From the IMG/VR virus record IMGVR_UViG_3300029853_000009: a stretch of DNA of 58,930 nucleotides; one strand, written 5' to 3'. The position numbers and the translations under genes are program-made. Positions 53,473 through 58,930 of the stretch are shown here, in pieces (the first letter of the stretch is position 1; each line of letters opens with the position of its first letter). Source of the stretch: a virus. The notes beneath the pieces were generated by a model. It saw nothing but the letters and a program-made list of their open reading frames with translations, had not been told where the DNA came from and searched no databases.

Positions 53473-54045
53473 TTATTGTTGAATGTAATGTGATAAAACG
53501 TCATTGTTCTTAGGTGCATTAGATATAAGGCTTTCTGCTATCTTTTCAGCATTTGTCTTATTGTCTGCACCACCTTTATTACTGCCGCCGCCTGGAATAT
53601 CCTGATGTTTAGCAATCTCCTGTTCCTTAGCCTGTGCTGCGGCGGTCTCTTTTTCGGACATAATCTTGCCAAGTTCGGCTGTATCAAAGCTGCCATCTTC
53701 TTTTATAATTGTTTTTGCCTGTTCTGCGGTTACTTTGAAATCAGTCATAGCTTTTTCACGCAAATCTCTAATAGCATTATCTTTCTGTAAATCTGCTATC
53801 TGCTGATTAGCTGTCTCTAAGGCTTTATTTGCCTTTTCAAGTTCTGTCAGATTGCCAGCCTGTAGTTCGTCAAGCTGCGTCTGTAACTCATCTGCCTTGT
53901 CAGCTTTAGACTTGTAGCCGTCTGCTCTGTCTTTTTCTTTCTTTGTCTCGCCATTGACCTGATTCAGATAATTGCTTACCTGTTCATCTGTCGGCTTTGC
54001 TACTCCGATTGAAATAAGATTCTGTTTTGCCTGTTCTCTTGTCAT
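53473..54045 (-). CDS. Scaffolding protein
   Basis: Helical and charged (QLDELQAGNLTELEKANKALETANQQIADLQ); lies after the portal gene. Confidence 0.75.
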   Translation of the reverse strand: MTREQAKQNLISIGVAKPTDEQVSNYLNQVNGETKKEKDRADGYKSKADKADELQTQLDELQAGNLTELEKANKALETANQQIADLQKDNAIRDLREKAMTDFKVTAEQAKTIIKEDGSFDTAELGKIMSEKETAAAQAKEQEIAKHQDIPGGGSNKGGADNKTNAEKIAESLISNAPKNNDVLSHYIQQ

Positions 54046-54129
54046 AATTACCTCCGATTCACTACGCTTTTTTACGTTGGTTGCTCAACTTGTGACTTCT
54101 CCTATTTCACGCATAGGTGCAAAATGTAT

Positions 54130-54164
54130 AAAATAAAAGCAGCTACCGATTATTCGATAACTGC
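54130..54164 (-). terminator. Intrinsic terminator overlapping the portal stop codon
   Basis: 11-bp stem GCAGTTATCGA/TCGGTAGCTGC followed by TTTTATTTT. Confidence 0.65.
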
Positions 54165-55586
54165 CTTATTTGGCTGATTATTATTAAGTTGATTAGCTAT
54201 CTCTTGTGCTTTCTTTTCTTGTTCTTCCTCATCATCAATAGTCTTGTATATATTATCAAGATATGGTTTTGATAGCAGGAATGTTTTTTCCGCATCCCCC
54301 CATAAGCCAACTGTCTTAATTGCTATAAGTGGATGTATGCCGCTTTGAAGCAATACTGTGAGTGTCTGTGCCTTGGTGTACATATTGTCCTGTGGACTGT
54401 GATTTATCTGTACATCAAAGTCTCTGACTGACAGCTTTAAATCTTCTCCGGCAAGTCTTAATATGTTAAGAACAACTATTGCTAATCGTTTTTCACACGA
54501 TTTAACAACAGGGTCCTTCAACTTTGCCCTTGTCTTAGAGAAGTCCCATCCGTTTCTCAATTGAACCGCCCCTTGCGTATCTCCGCCGGTGTTACTTTGT
54601 TTTGTCGGAATAGCTAATATGGATAATGTGTTATCCCATAAATCTTCTTTGGCAACTTGGCATTGTGTCTGATTAAGCTCCTGTGTCATAATTTCAACAT
54701 CCGACTTATTGTCTTTGTTGATAGACTTAACTGTAAGGGCATGGTTCATTTTCATTTTTTCAAATGTTTCTGGGTCAACTTCACAATTAACAAACTTGAC
54801 CCAATACTCAACAAACTGCTGTATGCTATCCATTCTGTTAGACTGCATGTTATTAATAGCATCCAACATCCCGATAACAAGCTCAATATCAGATATTCTT
54901 TCATGGTTATTAGGAAACTCTACAATAGGGATTTCGCCATAAGTATGTAATTTAGTTTCTGCTACTTTGCTGTCAACAATTCTAAATGACATAGTATCGG
55001 AAAATGCCATCTTGTACCAGTTTCCATCCTCGTCTTTAAGTTCTTGTACGACAAGCATAGGTTCTTCTGTACTTTCATTGTAAACAACGTAAGTATTCAT
55101 TGGTGTAGGTGCTACAATTCTGAATGGTACATCTCCATTTTTAGGTTGAACCGCCTTAAATGATGTTCCTGTTGCCGACTGCCACTCTCCAGCTTTAATG
55201 TCTTTCTCCTGCTTATTGGCATCCGCCATAAAATCATTAAGTATATCAACAGCTTTGTTAATAGCTTCATCATCTTTACGGCTAATAAACTGGATTGGCT
55301 CGCCATATGTCTGTCCTACCTTAAACTGAACAACTTCATATGCATGATTTTCAACAATCTTGTTTGTAATATCTTCATTAGTTAGCTTGTGTCTGTACAA
55401 TATTGGCTGGTCGCCCTTGTAGTAATGCCATAAATACTTAATAGCTGGCTTATTCCAATAAAATACACCAATAGTATCCCCAATAACCTTTACAATGTTG
55501 TCAGCCGTTATCATATCTACATTTGTATATGCAATTTTTCTACCATAACAACCTCTGATAAGGTCCTGAAAATATATGCTATTCAT
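54150..55586 (-). CDS. Portal protein (SPP1 gp6-like)
   Basis: 478 aa; N-terminal ...ITNKIVENHAYEVVQFKVGQTYGEPIQF pattern; position downstream of terL. Confidence 0.85.
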   Translation of the reverse strand: MNSIYFQDLIRGCYGRKIAYTNVDMITADNIVKVIGDTIGVFYWNKPAIKYLWHYYKGDQPILYRHKLTNEDITNKIVENHAYEVVQFKVGQTYGEPIQFISRKDDEAINKAVDILNDFMADANKQEKDIKAGEWQSATGTSFKAVQPKNGDVPFRIVAPTPMNTYVVYNESTEEPMLVVQELKDEDGNWYKMAFSDTMSFRIVDSKVAETKLHTYGEIPIVEFPNNHERISDIELVIGMLDAINNMQSNRMDSIQQFVEYWVKFVNCEVDPETFEKMKMNHALTVKSINKDNKSDVEIMTQELNQTQCQVAKEDLWDNTLSILAIPTKQSNTGGDTQGAVQLRNGWDFSKTRAKLKDPVVKSCEKRLAIVVLNILRLAGEDLKLSVRDFDVQINHSPQDNMYTKAQTLTVLLQSGIHPLIAIKTVGLWGDAEKTFLLSKPYLDNIYKTIDDEEEQEKKAQEIANQLNNNQPNKAVIE

Positions 55587-55601
55587 ATAATTAATACCTC
55601 T

Positions 55602-55811
55602 TTAAAAAAACCTCATTCCACTCGAGGTCCTTATATCTGGGATTTCTTTTACTTTATTTTTATCATCGTCACTTGGGTAATACCAAATCCATTTATTGCA
55701 GTTCATACAAGCCTTTTTATGTACATTAGGGTCGTCTTTATCAGCATACGCTAACAGCTTGCCGCAATTTGGACACATTACAGCTTTATTTTTCTTTTTA
55801 TAAAACTTCAT
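55602..55811 (-). CDS. Mu Com-like zinc-finger protein
   Basis: CPNCGKLLAYADKDDPNVHKKACMNCNKWIWY has the same CxxC..CxxC layout as Com. Confidence 0.5.
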   Translation of the reverse strand: MKFYKKKNKAVMCPNCGKLLAYADKDDPNVHKKACMNCNKWIWYYPSDDDKNKVKEIPDIRTSSGMRFF

Positions 55812-55928
55812 AAGCCACCTCTTTGTGCATAGAAAAAGCACTATTATATTTCTACAATAGTGCTTCGCCTAGGGTTTTATTATTTTTTATTTTGTCATCA
55901 TAATAATAACACAACATTAATATGACAT

Positions 55929-56360
55929 TCAATGACACGACAGATATTCATTTCCATATTTTTCTTCAAATCTTTTTAATGCAGCTCCATGTAATCGTAT
56001 TGTTTGTCGCCATGATTTTTCAATTTCAACCGCAATATCTTCAAATCGTTTTTTTGCTATGTATTTTAAAAACAAAACATCATATAGATTTTCATCTTCT
56101 ATACTTTCAATCTGTGTAATAATCTTTTCTTTTTTATCAACGTAATCATCAATCATTCTATCAATTTTTTGTTCCATCTCTTCAATCTTGACATATGCAC
56201 AGCCTATTCTATCTGGGTCGCTTGAAGACATCACATGCTCATCTGTATTCATAGCTTTAATACTATATGCCATTTCTTTCATTTGTGTCAGTTCAATCAT
56301 CTTATTGTTAATCATTTTATTTAATTTACCAATTTGCTGTAAATATTCTTTTGTCGTCAT
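55929..56360 (-). CDS. Sigma-70 region-4-like late transcriptional regulator (ArpU/RinA/DUF1492 type)
   Basis: YDVLFLKYIAKKRFEDIAVEIEKSWRQTIRLHGAALKRFEE. Confidence 0.55.
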   Translation of the reverse strand: MTTKEYLQQIGKLNKMINNKMIELTQMKEMAYSIKAMNTDEHVMSSSDPDRIGCAYVKIEEMEQKIDRMIDDYVDKKEKIITQIESIEDENLYDVLFLKYIAKKRFEDIAVEIEKSWRQTIRLHGAALKRFEEKYGNEYLSCH

Positions 56361-56365
56361 ATAGA

Positions 56366-58099
56366 TTAATACCTCCTGCTACTAAACGGATTTATTGCCG
56401 CCTCCACTTTAGCCACTTTATTACCCTGTGTTATGCGTAAAGCAAAATTTGAAAAGACATCCGGTACATCATCCAATTGCTTTTTCCCTGATACGGAATA
56501 TTGCTTTAATAATGACATCATCACCCCGTATGGTTCATTAGGTTTATAAAGTGATGGGTCTTTAAAAATAATATGCTGCAATATCCAGTTAGAACATTGG
56601 AATATCCTTGCTTCCTTATTCGTTTCCGTTGGTGTATCAGTGATATTGCATATCCAGCCTACACTCTCAACACGCTTATTAACTTCCATTGCAACTCTGT
56701 CACCGCCAGCATTACGTTCAAACTCACACTCTTGTACTTTATTATTCACAAGCACTCCTGCGGCATTTCTGTATTGTTCTTCGTAATCCGCTGTGTTATC
56801 GCATACGCAATCAATGCAGTAATAATCTTCTCCGTGTTTTTGCAATACCGGTAGTACAAAGTAATCCGTACCTTTGCCCTTAGTATCGCATTGCGCTGTA
56901 ATAATTTCCGGTTCTCCGTGTGGCAAATTGAGGTATCTGCGGATTTTATCATCTGGGAATAATAATCCCTCACGCTCGATAGGTTCTTGCTTGTATAAAC
57001 ATCTATAAGAGATTTCATCCATTAAAAGTTGTTGGTCCTCAAAAAACTCTTTGGTAAAGCCGCTATACTCATAATCAAAATTGCTCTCGCCTGTTACTGG
57101 GTCTACATCTGGCACAGCAATGACCTTAACTCTTTTATTCCCTGCGTACATATTCTGTATTCTACCGATAACATCATGTACGCTCCAACGTGTAGCAATA
57201 TGAATTTCTTTGCAGTTATGTCCGTCTGTATCTTGAATTTTTCTTTGTCTAGCGTCTACCGCATATTTATCCCACAGCTTATCAAGTACCATAGGGTTAA
57301 GTGCTTCTTCAATACCGCCTATCATATCATCCACAAGCAAAAATTTACTTGCACGAACTTTACCAGCATTTTTACTACCGACAGATGTACATTGCACGCT
57401 TGGAAAGGGCTTATACTTGCCGATATTAAATTGTTCTAACTTTGCGTTAGTGCTTGTAACAGCAAGGCTAGGGAAGATTTCACTCCACGTATATTCATCT
57501 GTATTTGTAACAATATCATACACTCCATCGTAGTACATTCGTGTAATGTCGCCAGAATGAGAATAAAAAAGGCTAAAATCATTAGGAAACCAGCCAGCAA
57601 CTAACGCATTAAACATTTTTTCGATTGTTGTTTTACCTGCTCCGGGGATTAGTGACACACAAAGTATGTCGTACTTATCATCAATCATTCCTTGCAATGC
57701 GTCTATTAATCCCATTTTGAGAAATTGTCTTCGTCGGGGCATATAAAAACGTTCTCTGGGTTCTCTGTTTTTTTCTAAATATCTAAATCCACTATCAACA
57801 ATTCTATTCTTTGCTTCTAGCAATAATAAACTATAATATTTATTAAGCAGGTGAAAAGAGCTACCATTTTTAAATATAAACTTCTCTATATCCCACATAG
57901 ATTTGCCTATTTTATTCATGCAAAAGATCTCTATGAGTTTTTTCGCCCTATTAGTACACATAAGCATGGTATCAATTCTTTTCTTGCCATACGCCAATTG
58001 ACACACTTCACAATATGCATTTATCACATTTTCATTAATTCCATTTTGGGAAATATAATTTTCACAATCAGATATCAACTGCTTTAATTCAGTTTCCAT
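56366..58099 (-). CDS. terL: Terminase large subunit
   Basis: Walker A LIPGAGKTT, Walker B FLLVDDM, and a C-terminal nuclease-size domain. Confidence 0.9.
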   Translation of the reverse strand: METELKQLISDCENYISQNGINENVINAYCEVCQLAYGKKRIDTMLMCTNRAKKLIEIFCMNKIGKSMWDIEKFIFKNGSSFHLLNKYYSLLLLEAKNRIVDSGFRYLEKNREPRERFYMPRRRQFLKMGLIDALQGMIDDKYDILCVSLIPGAGKTTIEKMFNALVAGWFPNDFSLFYSHSGDITRMYYDGVYDIVTNTDEYTWSEIFPSLAVTSTNAKLEQFNIGKYKPFPSVQCTSVGSKNAGKVRASKFLLVDDMIGGIEEALNPMVLDKLWDKYAVDARQRKIQDTDGHNCKEIHIATRWSVHDVIGRIQNMYAGNKRVKVIAVPDVDPVTGESNFDYEYSGFTKEFFEDQQLLMDEISYRCLYKQEPIEREGLLFPDDKIRRYLNLPHGEPEIITAQCDTKGKGTDYFVLPVLQKHGEDYYCIDCVCDNTADYEEQYRNAAGVLVNNKVQECEFERNAGGDRVAMEVNKRVESVGWICNITDTPTETNKEARIFQCSNWILQHIIFKDPSLYKPNEPYGVMMSLLKQYSVSGKKQLDDVPDVFSNFALRITQGNKVAKVEAAINPFSSRRY

Positions 58100-58120
58100 A
58101 GAAAAGCACCTCTACTTTCC

Positions 58121-58152
58121 AAAAAAAGCAAAGGCACTTTCAGACCTCTGCC
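58121..58152 (-). terminator. Intrinsic terminator ~20 nt upstream of the terL start
   Basis: Minus sense GCAGAGG-tctgaaagtg-CCTTTGC followed by T7. Confidence 0.6.
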
Positions 58153-58313
58153 AATAATTTTTGTTGGTTAGCGACTGATCCTATTTGTCAGCCGGTAATT
58201 TGATTATTTTGTTGTCATTAATCTCGGTTTCCCTCCCACCCTCGAAATCGGGTTTGCCGACAGCGTAACGTCCTTTTACGCTCTACCTGTGTTTTTATTA
58301 CAACACATCAATT
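58153..58313 (-). promoter_or_regulatory. Structured leader upstream of terL (candidate attenuator or riboswitch-like element)
   Basis: G+C-richer non-coding 160 nt with hairpin AGCGTAA/TTACGCT and the segment GGCAAACCCGATTTCGAGGGTGGGAGGGAAACC. Confidence 0.35.
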
Positions 58314-58565
58314 TTAATTGTTGTAGCTTTTTAATTCATTTGCCGTAACTATATGCAACACCCCATAATTGCCGCTGTCAAATATATTTCTCGCACTATC
58401 ATGGCAACGCAAACGCAAATCCATAAGTTTATTTTTATAAAACAATCGTTCTCTTTCAATCGCTTTTAATTCATCACAAATGCACTCTGCAATATCATAA
58501 AAAGGTTGTGGGTGTTCCACTCTGTCTAATGCTTCTTCAAAGGTGCAATCTTCCTTGTAGTCCAT
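58314..58565 (-). CDS. Hypothetical protein
   Basis: 83-aa ORF. Confidence 0.5.
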   Translation of the reverse strand: MDYKEDCTFEEALDRVEHPQPFYDIAECICDELKAIERERLFYKNKLMDLRLRCHDSARNIFDSGNYGVLHIVTANELKSYNN

Positions 58566-58682
58566 AATAATTCCTACAGCTTCATACTTTCCAAGATTAA
58601 CTCCTAAAAATCGGTCTGTAGCTGTGTTCCTATGGCATATAAGTTATCTACATCATCTTGTAATGCAACTATCAACATAATC

Positions 58683-58930
58683 TCACTCCTTTTTCTCATT
58701 ATTCGCTAATGATTTTGTTTCCTCTAGAATTTTCATTGCTAATGCTCTTGAAAATTCATAATTATTTTTCGGGTATCTGCCTAGAATTGATTTTGCGTAT
58801 TCATTGACTGCATCAACTGAAACATCAATACCAATAGTCATATCGTGAAATTCAGATGTTTCTATCGGTTTGCCATCATCATCGCCGATATGTTTAACAT
58901 TATCAATCTTTCTGAATGTTTTCTTATCAA
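58683..58930 (-). CDS. C-terminal part of the junction-spanning gene (N-terminus at 89-194)
   Basis: ...SEFHDMTIGIDVSVDAVNEYAKSILGRYPKNNYEFSRALAMKILEETKSLANNEKKE, stop TGA at 58683-58685. Confidence 0.55.
   Translation of the reverse strand, partial: DKKTFRKIDNVKHIGDDDGKPIETSEFHDMTIGIDVSVDAVNEYAKSILGRYPKNNYEFSRALAMKILEETKSLANNEKKE
58843..58930. repeat. Terminal direct repeat, copy 2 (identical to 1-88)
   Basis: Same 88 nt as the window start. Either an assembly overlap of a circular or circularly permuted molecule, or true terminal redundancy. Confidence 0.95.

Larger units (their letters stand above)
1..58930 (-). mobile_element. Complete temperate tailed-phage genome (siphovirus-type), circularly closed contig
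   Basis: Complete packaging, head, tail, lysis, lysogeny, recombination and replication gene sets. The window ends are identical over 88 nt. Confidence 0.9.

Noticed and set aside
58153-58313. c-di-GMP-I (GEMM) riboswitch upstream of terL
   Set aside because: Only the GGCAAACC segment matches my recollection of the consensus. The conserved ACGCAAAGC element and GNRA tetraloop hairpin are absent. It is kept only as a generic structured leader.

Overview
The window is a complete, circularly closed genome of about 58.84 kb from a temperate siphovirus-type tailed phage. The host is inferred to be a low-GC Bacillota (Clostridia-like) bacterium. The first 88 nt are repeated exactly at the end of the window, and one gene runs across that junction. 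Nearly everything is on the minus strand. In transcription order: terS (2603-3283), a tRNA/ORF-free RNA block, small genes, the junction, terL, portal, scaffold, capsid, connectors, major tail, a G/GT chaperone with a -1 frameshift, a 1442-aa tape measure, tail-tip and fibre genes, XkdW/XkdX-like genes and a GH25 endolysin. A short plus-strand lysogeny island follows (membrane protein, CI-like repressor, lipoprotein). Then come the minus-strand early genes: Rha/KilAC and Bro antirepressors, a Rad50/SbcC-like ATPase, a DGR cassette, a RecT-like protein, HNH, a split MBL-fold gene, SSB, GIY-YIG, a methyltransferase, and a replisome organiser with a G39P-like loader. After these sit a Tn916-like sigma/Xis gene, a tyrosine integrase and attP. 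The remaining ~10 kb is an accessory arm. It holds a visibly G+C-richer cargo operon of low-complexity/Cys-rich proteins, a second antirepressor/ImmA-like set, a very AT-rich 522-aa ORFan, and a divergent HTH/plus-strand operon of small acidic proteins punctuated by tRNA-like elements. The strongest system is a diversity-generating retroelement with strictly adenine-specific TR/VR differences: RT 27561-28616, TR 28688-28764, Avd 28789-29160, and two tandem targets with VRs at 29197-29273 and 29811-29887. It sits in the early/recombination module rather than the tail module. Other items worth follow-up are a ~0.7-kb ORF-free, tRNA-flanked candidate large ncRNA; structured leaders with terminators in front of terL and terS; a candidate antisense sRNA; a holin pair placed in the head-tail module; and a frameshifted MBL gene next to an HNH endonuclease. 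All functional calls come from motif and architecture reading only; no database search was possible.
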